From: a virus
Virus record (IMG/VR): IMGVR_UViG_3300021964_000015
DNA: 64,000 nucleotides
Reading direction: 5' to 3' (one strand)
Shown here: positions 45,555 to 54,358 of the stretch, in pieces
Layout of the letters: every line of letters starts with the position of its first letter
How positions within the stretch are numbered: position 1 is the first letter of the stretch
Notes under the pieces: model-generated
What the model was told of the DNA's origin: nothing
Seen by the model: only the letters and a program-made list of their open reading frames with translations
The model's database searches: none
Program-made: the position numbers and the translations under genes

Positions 45555-45741
45555 CAGAAGAAATGGATGTGCAGCTAGTATAAACGCCAGTGACCTGATC
45601 TAGTTCAAACAACAGGTCATGAAGTTCATCTTGTAATGATTCAGATAATTCATCTGCAGTTTTACCATTGAAGGAGTTGTAAGCAACTTCAACATCAACT
45701 GCAAAAGATATGGTGAGCTTTGGTACCGGAACAGTTTCCAT
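45547..45741 (-). CDS. Hypothetical protein
   Basis: Packed ORF. Confidence 0.55.
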   Translation of the reverse strand: METVPVPKLTISFAVDVEVAYNSFNGKTADELSESLQDELHDLLFELDQVTGVYTSCTSISSDD

Positions 45742-45775
45742 CTGCTAGTAATAGACCTGTTTACTTTAACAGGAT

Positions 45776-46039
45776 TTATTTTTCTAGCAAACGCTCCAGG
45801 GAATTTGTTTGATGAGCTTGGTAGTAACCAAGACGTTCTTGAATTAAGTTGTAGTAATTAATGGCAGCATCAACCATTTCTTCTGCATCCATTGAAGCTG
45901 CAAGGTTTTCATTAGAAAGCATGGCTGCTGTCAAGATGACAACACCATGCTCAATCTTTGAACCAATCGTTGCAGAAAGAGGAGTTCCATCACTGGTAAA
46001 TCCAGCAATTAATTTATTTAGTACTGAATCACCGCCCAT
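45776..46039 (-). CDS. Hypothetical protein
   Basis: ORF with AGGAG SD just upstream. Confidence 0.6.
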   Translation of the reverse strand: MGGDSVLNKLIAGFTSDGTPLSATIGSKIEHGVVILTAAMLSNENLAASMDAEEMVDAAINYYNLIQERLGYYQAHQTNSLERLLEK

Positions 46040-46073
46040 GGAACTCCTGCTGCTTTATCTATTGTATGCGACT

Positions 46074-46475
46074 TTATTTATCTAAACGTTCACGTTCCAG
46101 CCAGTACCAGTATGCATGAGCAGAGTTCTGGTGGTAACGCTTACTAGTAAGTAATTTAAACTTCTTGTATTCCAATGCATCATAATCCATATCCTTACCC
46201 TTATCGCGGCCAACGATAAGGGGGTTATTTGCTTTTACCATCTCCATTGTTAGATCATTGATCTCTAGCTGGAGATTAAAATCAGTAATTGCTTGGTTAT
46301 GTGCATTCATCAAGAAGCGTGCATCATCAGCATCCTTCGGTGCTGGAATCTTCTCGTAGAAGCTCTCTTGGATATTCGGATGGAACCAAGTCCACGTTTG
46401 ATTCTGAGAAGATTCGTTTTGAACGGACACTGTATTCTTGGGTGACTTTGACTCCGAGCGGAAGTTGTTTACCAT
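46074..46475 (-). CDS. Hypothetical protein (start uncertain: 46475 or 46310)
   Basis: 3' part of listed ORF 46074-46691 fills the gap; 5' part overlaps the Gp157 gene. Confidence 0.5.
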   Translation of the reverse strand: MVNNFRSESKSPKNTVSVQNESSQNQTWTWFHPNIQESFYEKIPAPKDADDARFLMNAHNQAITDFNLQLEINDLTMEMVKANNPLIVGRDKGKDMDYDALEYKKFKLLTSKRYHQNSAHAYWYWLERERLDK

Positions 46476-47046
46476 CTTTGTAGGCACTGCGTATTGCGTC
46501 AAGGTTTGGTACGACTGTTGTTGTGGTTTTAGGTTCTGTTCTTTCGGAAAGAACTTCTCCTGACATTGAACGTAACACAGTTCTTTTTGTTGTGGTGACT
46601 TCTTGTTCAATGCAATAAGTTGCTCTTTCTTCAGTGTGCCAAAACTGTGGATCCGAGGTGATTTCGACACTAAGTTCTTTTTTTCTTGCAAGAGTAAACT
46701 CGTAATTACGACCAGTGATTTTATTCGAGTCCTTTGGTAGGACTCGACGTAGATAATTTAACAAGCCCTTGAGGGACCGCAGCTGGGATTCGTGGTGACG
46801 CTTGGCTTCTGTGACAAGCGTTGCTTCTTTCTTGATACGTTCAATAGCATCTTCATGGGAAGCCATTGCGTAATAGATGCGATCAATCTTTTCTGAGCGA
46901 AGGTTGGCGCAAGCTTCCAACTCCGCTTTAGCCATTTCCTGGGACTCAGGAGTGAGTAAAGGAAGAGAGCGTTCCAGGGCACCATAGTGCTCGTAGAGTT
47001 TGATGACGTTAAGCTCTTTTAGTTTAGCTTGAGTAATTTGTGTCAT
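46327..47046 (-). CDS. Siphovirus Gp157-like (Mu Gam-like) protein
   Basis: EKIDRI...IERIKKEA...KRHHESQLRSLKGLL, PNLDAIRSAYKDGKQLP.GV. Confidence 0.7.
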   Translation of the reverse strand: MTQITQAKLKELNVIKLYEHYGALERSLPLLTPESQEMAKAELEACANLRSEKIDRIYYAMASHEDAIERIKKEATLVTEAKRHHESQLRSLKGLLNYLRRVLPKDSNKITGRNYEFTLARKKELSVEITSDPQFWHTEERATYCIEQEVTTTKRTVLRSMSGEVLSERTEPKTTTTVVPNLDAIRSAYKDGKQLPLGVKVTQEYSVRSKRIFSESNVDLVPSEYPRELLREDSSTEGC

Positions 47047-47048
47047 GA

Positions 47049-47162
47049 CTAGTTGAATTGAGTTTGGAATTTGTTGAGTGCATAGGTCAGCAGCATGCCT
47101 GCTGCTGCCCAAAGCAAATCTTTAATTACTGGAACACAAAAAGAAATGAATGATTCAAACAT
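47049..47162 (-). CDS. 37-aa membrane peptide
   Basis: Translated by hand: MFESFISFCVPVIKDLLWAAAGMLLTYALNKFQTQFN. Confidence 0.5.
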   Translation of the reverse strand: MFESFISFCVPVIKDLLWAAAGMLLTYALNKFQTQFN

Positions 47163-47182
47163 GAAATTAAAGTTGTTTTGGA

Positions 47183-47210
47183 TAAGCAGTTTATCGTCAT
47201 GCTTAGGACG
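47183..47210 (-). ncRNA. Motif A pseudoknot, copy 1
   Basis: CGTC-CTAAGCAT-GACG-ATAAAC-TGCTTA. Confidence 0.6.
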
Positions 47211-47215
47211 CCTCG

Positions 47216-47482
47216 TCAGAGCTTGATGTCCTTGGCGGACAGTGCTAGCTTACCAGGCTCGTCAACCCTTGGTTCAACTATTTTGTAAAGAAGTGCTTCA
47301 AACAATTCACATTTCTTTTTCTTTGACATCTTGTCCCAACGCTTTAGATCTGGATCATTGTCATCCCAGTTCAGTTTAATTTCAATGCCATCACCATCTT
47401 CTTTGTCGGTGATCTCAGCAATGAGTTTATTGCTGGCAAGCAGAAGATTAAGTTCAGAAAGTTCCATTGGTTTGGTTGTCAT
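47216..47482 (-). CDS. Hypothetical protein
   Basis: ATGA-coupled to upstream gene. Confidence 0.6.
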   Translation of the reverse strand: MTTKPMELSELNLLLASNKLIAEITDKEDGDGIEIKLNWDDNDPDLKRWDKMSKKKKCELFEALLYKIVEPRVDEPGKLALSAKDIKL

Positions 47483-48423
47483 TGCTTTTTAACAACAGAT
47501 TGAAGTTGTGGAAGTGAGCGACCAGGGAATGGTACGTATCCCGCCTCCATCATATTGAAGAACAAATCCCATGCATGGTTTTGTGTGAAATGCTCATCTG
47601 GTTTGTAGTTACGCCAGTGGCTTACAGGTGCTTGAGCACCATATGTTGTGTAGAGCACCTTGAATAAACCATCAGATAGATGGTCAGAAGGCGGCTGGTA
47701 CCACCATGCAACACACTTACTTGGTGTGCCGTTAGGCGCTTGGTTACGTGCTTCGGTACGTTTGCATAGCATCTCACGGTACTTATTGAACCAGGACAGA
47801 TGGATGCACCATGGCTTGAAGCCTTCAATCTCCTGGGAGAAAGAAGAGATGTTATTAAGTTGTTGTTGATACGAACCACAAGAACACCATGGCTCACCAA
47901 AGATTGGCTTGACATCTTCAACAGTATCTAGGCTGCTGTTGAAATCAATTGGCATATCTTGTGCACGCAAACCATCTGGTGCAATTAGATGACCAAGGTC
48001 TGCTTGATCTGATTGCAATAGAGCAGTTACCTTTTGTACATCGTTCAGATGAATAAAACGATCTGCCCATGCAGCTTGCAATCTTGCGTTAGGCGTGAGG
48101 TGACCTAACGCATGGGAGTAGTACCATCCTTTAAAAAGAACATAAGCATTGTTATGCCATACACTAGGACCGCGATAGTTAGGACCAAGGTAAGAAAAGA
48201 AATCTTTTAAGCGATGAGTATAGCTGGTATATGCAACCTTGATGGGTTCTCTGTTGTATGTTTGCTGGCTACCATCACGACGTAAGATCAAACAATCTTC
48301 GCCTTGAAGATAGATGTCAGCAATGTCAGTGTCATCAAAATCATTGAAGGCACGACGTATGTTGGTACGTGTGTAAATAAATTTTTGCGCAGCATCAAGC
48401 TCGGTTACCTGTTGGTTTGACAT
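47479..48423 (-). CDS. SWIM zinc-finger-containing protein
   Basis: WCSCGSY...PWCIHL (CxC...CxH). Confidence 0.6.
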   Translation of the reverse strand: MSNQQVTELDAAQKFIYTRTNIRRAFNDFDDTDIADIYLQGEDCLILRRDGSQQTYNREPIKVAYTSYTHRLKDFFSYLGPNYRGPSVWHNNAYVLFKGWYYSHALGHLTPNARLQAAWADRFIHLNDVQKVTALLQSDQADLGHLIAPDGLRAQDMPIDFNSSLDTVEDVKPIFGEPWCSCGSYQQQLNNISSFSQEIEGFKPWCIHLSWFNKYREMLCKRTEARNQAPNGTPSKCVAWWYQPPSDHLSDGLFKVLYTTYGAQAPVSHWRNYKPDEHFTQNHAWDLFFNMMEAGYVPFPGRSLPQLQSVVKKQ

Positions 48424-48453
48424 GAGTTGGAGTTGGGTTGGGTTGAAGTTGGA

Positions 48454-48645
48454 TCAGTTGTCCAGCCAGTAGTCCTGCTGGAGCCGGTCTTCCTTAGCGC
48501 GTTGGTAGGCGCCTTTTGCCATTCTATACGATCCGTAGATCACTGCAGCCCAAGCAGCAGGAGAAGGCAACAGAAGAGCAATGCCAGCAGTAACCAAAGC
48601 TGTGGTACCACCAACCTTGACAGCAGCTTTTTGTTCGGGTTTCAT
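48454..48645 (-). CDS. Small membrane protein
   Basis: Hydrophobic hairpin TALVTAGIALLLPSPAAWAAVIYG. Confidence 0.55.
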   Translation of the reverse strand: MKPEQKAAVKVGGTTALVTAGIALLLPSPAAWAAVIYGSYRMAKGAYQRAKEDRLQQDYWLDN

Positions 48646-48727
48646 GTGAGTAATCCTTAACAGAAACAAAAGATTTAGTGTGAGTTTAATGCATTGGTTA
48701 GAATGTTTTGTAACAACTTAATACTTT

Positions 48728-48997
48728 ATGGAAGAGATAAAGTACGTGCCTCTAACCAAATTCCAAATTGAGCCAACGCTTGATGATAAGTTTTGGCTTG
48801 AGAAGATTAAACGTTCCATTGAAGAGTGTAATTCAGTTAGTGCTTTAAAAGAAATGGCGACCTTGCTTGCGCAGATCGCCACTCAACGTCAAGGTATAAT
48901 TCGTGGGTTAGTACAAGACATGTTTATCTTCAACAATATTTCTATTGATGGAGATGACTTGGCTAACCCAGAAGTTAAACCTAAATCAGAGGAATGA
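48728..48997 (+). CDS. Possible NblA-like protein
   Basis: PTLDDKFWLEKIKRSI...LKEMATLLAQIATQRQGIIRGLV two-helix pattern; own TAGAAT at 48699. Confidence 0.4.
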   Translation: MEEIKYVPLTKFQIEPTLDDKFWLEKIKRSIEECNSVSALKEMATLLAQIATQRQGIIRGLVQDMFIFNNISIDGDDLANPEVKPKSEE

Positions 48998-50002
48998 ATC
49001 TTCCCCTGTCATTTCATCACGTGCTGGAAGCACCTTCACATCAACTGTGTCGTTGCTACGTGAGACAGGAAGAATGTTCAATCCTTCTTTGATACCATAA
49101 GAACCATTGAGTTTCTTGGCATCTTGCTTTGCATGTTGATTGATGTAATCATCAAACAACTCTTGGAACTTCCAAGTAGATGCACGATCTTCATCTGGAA
49201 TTGAAAGATTATTCAACGATTCAATTGCAGCTTCTTGCGTTGAATAATCTGGAATCGAAAAGGATTCAATTGCACAGATCTCAACGTTATTTGCACCACG
49301 CATTTCATTTGCAAGCACAGGTGTAAACACTGTGGTTGCATAGAACTTTTCGTTGAATGCAAGTGGGATCTCAGAGTCCAGTGCTTTGCTTAAGCACTTA
49401 GACATCTCTTTCTCATAAAGCTTTACTTTATCTGATACATCAGTACCATTCAATCCTTTAAGTGTAAGCACAATAGGATTCTTGTGAGCACGCTTATTAT
49501 CCTTGGTGAGGATAAAGATCAGATACTTTGTACGTACACTGTACTTACGCTTGTACATCTCGCCTTTACTATTGGCAAGATCAGAAGCAACCTTATCATT
49601 ATCAAAGATTGCTTTTACTTCTTCATCTTCAAACGTACCAATCACTTGGCGCATACCAGTAGTTTCTTCCACCATCAAAGGTGAACGCAACAATACTTGA
49701 ATGCGAGGCTCAGTAAAATTCAATCCCTCTTCAATAGAAGTATTGGGAGCCATACCAAAGGTTTGCTTGTAATTCCAGATGACAGAACCTGGGGTAAAGT
49801 CATCTTCCGTTGCTGTCCATCCACAGACATCAAGATCTGATTTACGTACAAACCAACCACGTACTTTTGATTTATTCAGTGGTTGAATTGTTACCAAGTT
49901 CTGGTAACCAGAAATAAACTCTTTGCTTCCAAAAAGTTTAAATGAATCAAGGCTACGAGTAGCCAGTGCATCTTTCTTGGTTTTGGTCGGAGAAGAAGTC
50001 AT
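48986..50002 (-). CDS. Conserved hypothetical protein (possibly DUF5895-like)
   Basis: Long ORF next to SSB; RTKYLIFIL..DNK.AH..P.VL.LKG..G pattern; family call tentative. Confidence 0.5.
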   Translation of the reverse strand: MTSSPTKTKKDALATRSLDSFKLFGSKEFISGYQNLVTIQPLNKSKVRGWFVRKSDLDVCGWTATEDDFTPGSVIWNYKQTFGMAPNTSIEEGLNFTEPRIQVLLRSPLMVEETTGMRQVIGTFEDEEVKAIFDNDKVASDLANSKGEMYKRKYSVRTKYLIFILTKDNKRAHKNPIVLTLKGLNGTDVSDKVKLYEKEMSKCLSKALDSEIPLAFNEKFYATTVFTPVLANEMRGANNVEICAIESFSIPDYSTQEAAIESLNNLSIPDEDRASTWKFQELFDDYINQHAKQDAKKLNGSYGIKEGLNILPVSRSNDTVDVKVLPARDEMTGEDSFL

Positions 50003-50023
50003 GGTTTGTTCTTAGTGAAAAGT

Positions 50024-50050
50024 GGATGAGTTTAACGTCATCCCAGGACG
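50024..50050 (-). ncRNA. Motif A pseudoknot, copy 2
   Basis: CGTC-CTGGGAT-GACG-TTAAAC-TCATCC. Confidence 0.6.
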
Positions 50051-50071
50051 GGTACTTATTGTACCAAGAGA

Positions 50072-50893
50072 TCAGAAGGGTTCGTCCGATGCAAAGACAG
50101 GAGCTGTGGTGTATTGACCTGGGAGTTCAGGCAAGCCACCACCAGATGCTTCGTTCCATGCATCCTGGGAATCCTCAACCGTTTTGCCTCCCCATAGGCT
50201 AGCTACATTCCCTTCTGCAGCCACAGTTGTTTGTGAAACCACAGGTTTATCTTTGGACTCATCACGAGTCCGTACAATATTTACCTTATTGATTTGAATC
50301 TTGGTTGCTGTACGGCGCTCATTGGTTTGCTTATCATTCCATGCATCTGTTACAAGGCGACCACGAAGAGTCATCTCTGTTCCTTTCTTGGTCATGTTGC
50401 AGATAAGTTCTGCAAGATTCAAACGATCATTAGCATTATTGATTGCATAGAAATTAAATAGATCACACTGGTTTCTACCAGTGGAAACACTTAATGTTTG
50501 CGAGCAAATCATTGTGCCATCAGCAGTTGTCTTGAAAGCACGTGGATCTTCCTTATCAATATCTTTGATACAACGTCCTGCAAGAATTACATCATTGAAG
50601 ATCGGGAATGATTCAGTAACTTCTGCAAGAGAACCTGCATGTAAGGAGTGGGTCTTGGTCTGAACATCAAATCGTAAGGTGGCACCATGGATATAGATGA
50701 GGGAGTTCTGCTTGAGTCGCAGGAATCTTTCTGCTGCTTTGCCATAGACGTGATACTTGATTCGAGTTTCAGATTTGTTTTGATTTACCCTGGGAAGAAT
50801 TACTTCCGCACAGTAAGAAGAAGAAGTTGCAGATGTGTATACTTCCCGCGGTGTTTCAGCGAGAGATGCACAGACAAAAGCGCAGTTCATCAT
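50072..50893 (-). CDS. ssb: Single-stranded DNA-binding protein with two OB folds
   Basis: Second domain NDVILAGR...KKGTEMTLRGRLVTDAWNDKQTNERR; first domain VYGKAAE..LRLKQNSLIYIHG.L; acidic tail SDEPF. Confidence 0.75.
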   Translation of the reverse strand: MMNCAFVCASLAETPREVYTSATSSSYCAEVILPRVNQNKSETRIKYHVYGKAAERFLRLKQNSLIYIHGATLRFDVQTKTHSLHAGSLAEVTESFPIFNDVILAGRCIKDIDKEDPRAFKTTADGTMICSQTLSVSTGRNQCDLFNFYAINNANDRLNLAELICNMTKKGTEMTLRGRLVTDAWNDKQTNERRTATKIQINKVNIVRTRDESKDKPVVSQTTVAAEGNVASLWGGKTVEDSQDAWNEASGGGLPELPGQYTTAPVFASDEPF

Positions 50894-50913
50894 TGCGTAA
50901 AAGAGCAGTGTTA

Positions 50914-50940
50914 AAGCAGTTTAACGTCATACTTAGGACG
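50914..50940 (-). ncRNA. Motif A pseudoknot, copy 3
   Basis: CGTC-CTAAGTAT-GACG-TTAAAC-TGCTT (U-G wobble). Confidence 0.6.
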
Positions 50941-50945
50941 GGCAA

Positions 50946-52769
50946 TCAATGGGTTTCAGACCAGTTGGTCCCAACACGAGAATCACCTTCAATGTCGCAC
51001 TGGAATCCAAAGAACTCCTGTGCCTGTGGGAAAGCAAGCATTGCTTGTTCCCTGATTTGTTCTGTGTACTTGGGTGCACATACGAGTTGAATCTCGTCAT
51101 GCACCATTAAAACTTGTTCCCATCCATTGCCGTGCTCAAGACCAAGCACTTGTTTGATATTGTTATGTACATTAATGACAACTTGTTTCATTAAAATTGC
51201 ACCTGCTGATTGCAGGAGCACATTCAATCCCTTGAAAGCTGAGCGACAATAAAGAACGCGACGATCAAGACCAATGAGATAACCCCTGTGTGTAATGTTG
51301 TCATCAATTTTTTCCTTTAATTTTTTAAGAGCTGGTACACCTTGCATAAATGAATTGATTGCAGTTCTTCCTGCTTTACGCAGAACATCTTCATCCTTTT
51401 CATTCGGATCTACAATCGTTCCAGCTTTAAGGTGACCTGCACCATATAGAACAGCGTATAGTAAACGCTTGCTAATGTCCCTGGTAGCCACACCAAATCT
51501 TTCTTGATTATAAACATGAATATCAATATCAGGATTCGTTACAACACGCGCATATTCACCGCCATCATATAAGGCAAGATAACCTGCAAGGCAACGTAAC
51601 TCCAATGCCTTGGCATCAATACCAATCATGTCCCATCCTTGTGGCGCATGAAACAATGAACGACATTCCTTGCCATAAGCTGAATAACCCGCTGGCACCT
51701 GGCCCATGTTTGGGTACCGATGAGCGCAGCGACCAGTGACGCAGCCGTTAGTAACAACGTCACCGTGCATGCGACCGCTGTCATGATTAACCAGCTTGAG
51801 CCAAGCGTTGTTCCCATCAGCGATTTGACCAAGGCGTTTCTTGACGAGCATGTACTCTGCCAGAGGTTTTGCTTCTGGATAGGGGAGCTTTTCTAAAACT
51901 TCATCATCAAGGATTGGATTTCCTTTTTCAGTTGTTTTCTCTGGCTGCCATCCGTACTTTTGCTTAAGTCGATCAACAATCTGTTGACGAGATCCAGGAT
52001 TGAATTGTTCAGTTCGGATCTTTTCAAAAGGAACTCCTTTTACATAACCACGATTCTTGTTGTTTACCCTGGGGGTAAACCAAGTGTGGTGTTGAATAGG
52101 TGGAAATACCTCCTTTAATTCTGCTTCAAGTTTGCTTTGTTTTGTTCTGAGATCATCCACCAAATCAAGACATGCATCCACATCAAATGGAACACCTGCT
52201 CTAATTTGTTTATTAATTGCGAGCGCAAAATCATGTTCAACTTTAAGCGCAGATGGTGGATAGGATTGCTTGGCGATATGATCCCAAAGTTTTGTAGTAA
52301 CAGCAACGTCTTGTTTGCAGTATGCAAGCATTTCGCTGGAGTATTCAGAGAAATCTTTGAATTCGATTTTATGATCGGCCAATCGCCATCCCCATGTCTT
52401 AAGCGATGCGGATCCACGTAAGTTCGGTGGAACTTCCGGATATTGTTCAAGGTCAAGCTCGTAGAGTTTTTCCTTGGGCCAGATGAGTCGTGTGCAGATG
52501 AGTGTGTCAATGATCTCTGAAGTAGTGGTGAATGAGTAAAGTTTGTTTAGTACTGGGATGTCATAGAAGATGATGTTGTGACCAATCAAAACATCAGCGG
52601 TTGCCAGATGAGCAATAGCATCAGCAATGCAATCAGGCCCATAAGAAAAAGTTTGGTTGGATCCAATATCATGGATGACAATGCAATGTACTTTAGTTAC
52701 TTTGTCATAAAGTCCATCGCTTTCCAAATCAAAGACAAGATACTTTTCATTTGCGGAAGCGGGACTCAT
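50946..52769 (-). CDS. polA: Family A DNA polymerase, T7 gp5-like (3'-5' exo + pol); start may be 52808
   Basis: VFDLESDGL, GHNIIFYD, YCKQDV exo motifs; FNPGSRQQI; motif A GIDAKALELR; motif B KRLLYAVLYGAG; motif C VHDE. Confidence 0.95.
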   Translation of the reverse strand: MSPASANEKYLVFDLESDGLYDKVTKVHCIVIHDIGSNQTFSYGPDCIADAIAHLATADVLIGHNIIFYDIPVLNKLYSFTTTSEIIDTLICTRLIWPKEKLYELDLEQYPEVPPNLRGSASLKTWGWRLADHKIEFKDFSEYSSEMLAYCKQDVAVTTKLWDHIAKQSYPPSALKVEHDFALAINKQIRAGVPFDVDACLDLVDDLRTKQSKLEAELKEVFPPIQHHTWFTPRVNNKNRGYVKGVPFEKIRTEQFNPGSRQQIVDRLKQKYGWQPEKTTEKGNPILDDEVLEKLPYPEAKPLAEYMLVKKRLGQIADGNNAWLKLVNHDSGRMHGDVVTNGCVTGRCAHRYPNMGQVPAGYSAYGKECRSLFHAPQGWDMIGIDAKALELRCLAGYLALYDGGEYARVVTNPDIDIHVYNQERFGVATRDISKRLLYAVLYGAGHLKAGTIVDPNEKDEDVLRKAGRTAINSFMQGVPALKKLKEKIDDNITHRGYLIGLDRRVLYCRSAFKGLNVLLQSAGAILMKQVVINVHNNIKQVLGLEHGNGWEQVLMVHDEIQLVCAPKYTEQIREQAMLAFPQAQEFFGFQCDIEGDSRVGTNWSETH

Positions 52770-52980
52770 CTTGAATTGAGAGTTCTTTACTTGCAAGTTC
52801 ACTGTCATTGTTGTTAATCCAGGACAAGATTTGTTGCGCACCTGCGCGATAAGGATGCGAGAAAATCCTGTTCAATGCCACGTCAGATTCTAGTGGAATT
52901 AAATCAAATCGATTCGTTTCACTATTGGCAGTAATGGCATGTGGTGCATCATTCAGCCAACAAGCAATGACGTAACTCAT
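52747..52980 (-). CDS. Hypothetical protein
   Basis: ORF overlapping the polymerase start. Confidence 0.55.
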   Translation of the reverse strand: MSYVIACWLNDAPHAITANSETNRFDLIPLESDVALNRIFSHPYRAGAQQILSWINNNDSELASKELSIQDESRFRK

Positions 52981-52982
52981 AA

Positions 52983-53030
52983 ATCAGATGGAAGACGGTT
53001 GCATACTACCGAATTCCATCTGATGTGCAA
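52983..53030 (-). promoter_or_regulatory. Putative promoter inside an 11-bp inverted repeat
   Basis: ATCAGATGGAA...TTCCATCTGAT flanks TAGTAT (-10, 53008-53003); TTGCAC 16 nt upstream. Confidence 0.4.
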
Positions 53031-53042
53031 GTAAATCAGGCG

Positions 53043-53813
53043 TTATTTCATTTTGTTCTTGTTGTAACCAACAAACTTACCCGCCTTCTTGCGTGCACTG
53101 ATCGCTTTGCTTGCGTCAGAGCCAGCCCTCTGGGAGCCATGGACAAGCAATGCAAAGGGCTTATCACCCAGGCAATGGCTGTCATCATGGTCAATCTCAA
53201 GGCCAAGCTCAGCTGCTTGTTCTTCTGTGTAGACAACGTATGAGATACGTTGGAATACATCCTTATGGTTAGGGATGAGGTAATCAAGTGTCCCACCATG
53301 AGATGCAGTGAGCTTCATGTTGTCAGGAATCTCATCCTGCAAGTTGAGCCACATACCAAGTGACTTGGTGTAAGCATAGAACGTTTGGTATGGGCGCATC
53401 ATGGCAACCATTGCCCAAGCACGCATGTAGTTCTCTGTCCAGAAATCACCTGACTCATGGATGCGTACCAATTTTTTAGGTGCACACATGGTTAGTGATT
53501 CGTCAATGAGATCACGCAATGCATAGGCTTGTGCATCACCAGATTGATTGGCAATACATTCACGGATCAGATTCCAGTTATGCCAACGCAGGTTGCGTAC
53601 GTTGGGATACTTCTCTGATAATGCAGCAAAGCAACGAAACTCATACGCTGCTTCAACACCTGTGTACTGGGGCAGGTCACGAATCTTACCAGTATTTGGA
53701 TCAGCAAATGTTTTGCAGACACCAGCGTGAGGACAGGTGTAACCAGCAGGCAGAGAAAAGATAAGGCGATCGGTCAGCTTGCTGTTGCCGTTGGAGAACT
53801 TGAGAAATTGCAT
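53043..53813 (-). CDS. Gp88-like protein
   Basis: GNSKL...FSLPAGYTCPHAGVC...CFA, VRIHESGDF, FYAYTKS. Confidence 0.7.
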   Translation of the reverse strand: MQFLKFSNGNSKLTDRLIFSLPAGYTCPHAGVCKTFADPNTGKIRDLPQYTGVEAAYEFRCFAALSEKYPNVRNLRWHNWNLIRECIANQSGDAQAYALRDLIDESLTMCAPKKLVRIHESGDFWTENYMRAWAMVAMMRPYQTFYAYTKSLGMWLNLQDEIPDNMKLTASHGGTLDYLIPNHKDVFQRISYVVYTEEQAAELGLEIDHDDSHCLGDKPFALLVHGSQRAGSDASKAISARKKAGKFVGYNKNKMK

Positions 53814-53835
53814 GGTTGAAATTGAGTTGGAATAC

Positions 53836-53862
53836 GGATGAGTTTAACGTCATCCCAGGACG
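53836..53862 (-). ncRNA. Motif A pseudoknot, copy 4
   Basis: 27 nt identical to copy 2. Confidence 0.6.
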
Positions 53863-53880
53863 TAACGAGTAGAATGTAAC

Positions 53881-53983
53881 AGGACCGAAGAAGAGCTACG
53901 TCAGGTCCAGAGGGAACCGAAGTTTTTGTAGCTTCCTTCGGTTAGTAAACGAATGGCTCTGCGACGTGATTACCGTGGAGCCA
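53881..53983 (+). ncRNA. Candidate two-hairpin small RNA or leader
   Basis: Starts just after TAGAAT (53870-53875); ACCGAAG/CTTCGGT with inner AGCTAC/GTAGCT; then TGGCTCTGCG/CGTGGAGCCA. Confidence 0.4.
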
Positions 53984-54091
53984 CACCCTCTATCCATAAG
54001 ATTTACTTATGTAGAAGTTTGTGTTACAGCACGAACAGCTTCATATACATCAATGATCATATACTTTCAGTATCAATAGATACCAAATCAA

Positions 54092-54244
54092 ATGACATTG
54101 ACATACAGGGGCTGCTCTTACAACAAAGATCAACAAGTACAACAAGATAAAGCCTGGTGGAACCTAGCCCACCGTCCATGGCTCTGCTTGAAGTACCGTA
54201 ACGCTTGCTACTTTCCTTTTGTAACCGGAGGTCAGATCAAGTGA
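54092..54244 (+). CDS. DUF4278-like small protein
   Basis: Translated by hand: MTLTYRGCSYNKDQQVQQDKAWWNLAHRPWLCLKYRNACYFPFVTGGQIK. Confidence 0.65.
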   Translation: MTLTYRGCSYNKDQQVQQDKAWWNLAHRPWLCLKYRNACYFPFVTGGQIK

Positions 54245-54357
54245 ACCAGGCATTCATCATTTACTTGGTAAACAAAAAGAAAAAGATGACACGCTCAGAT
54301 GTTGAGTCCAAGCGTGCCATGAAAGAACTGAAGAAAGAATCAGTATCTACTTTTTAA
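54241..54357 (+). CDS. 38-aa basic peptide
   Basis: GTGA-coupled to the DUF4278-like gene; ends abutting the thyX stop. Confidence 0.45.
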   Translation: MNQAFIIYLVNKKKKMTRSDVESKRAMKELKKESVSTF

Positions 54358-54358
54358 T

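Noticed and set aside
53900-53921. SRP RNA (GTCAGGTCC-N4-GGAA)
   Set aside because: Lacks the following GCAGC needed for the conserved SRP internal loop, and the tetraloop is not GNRA.
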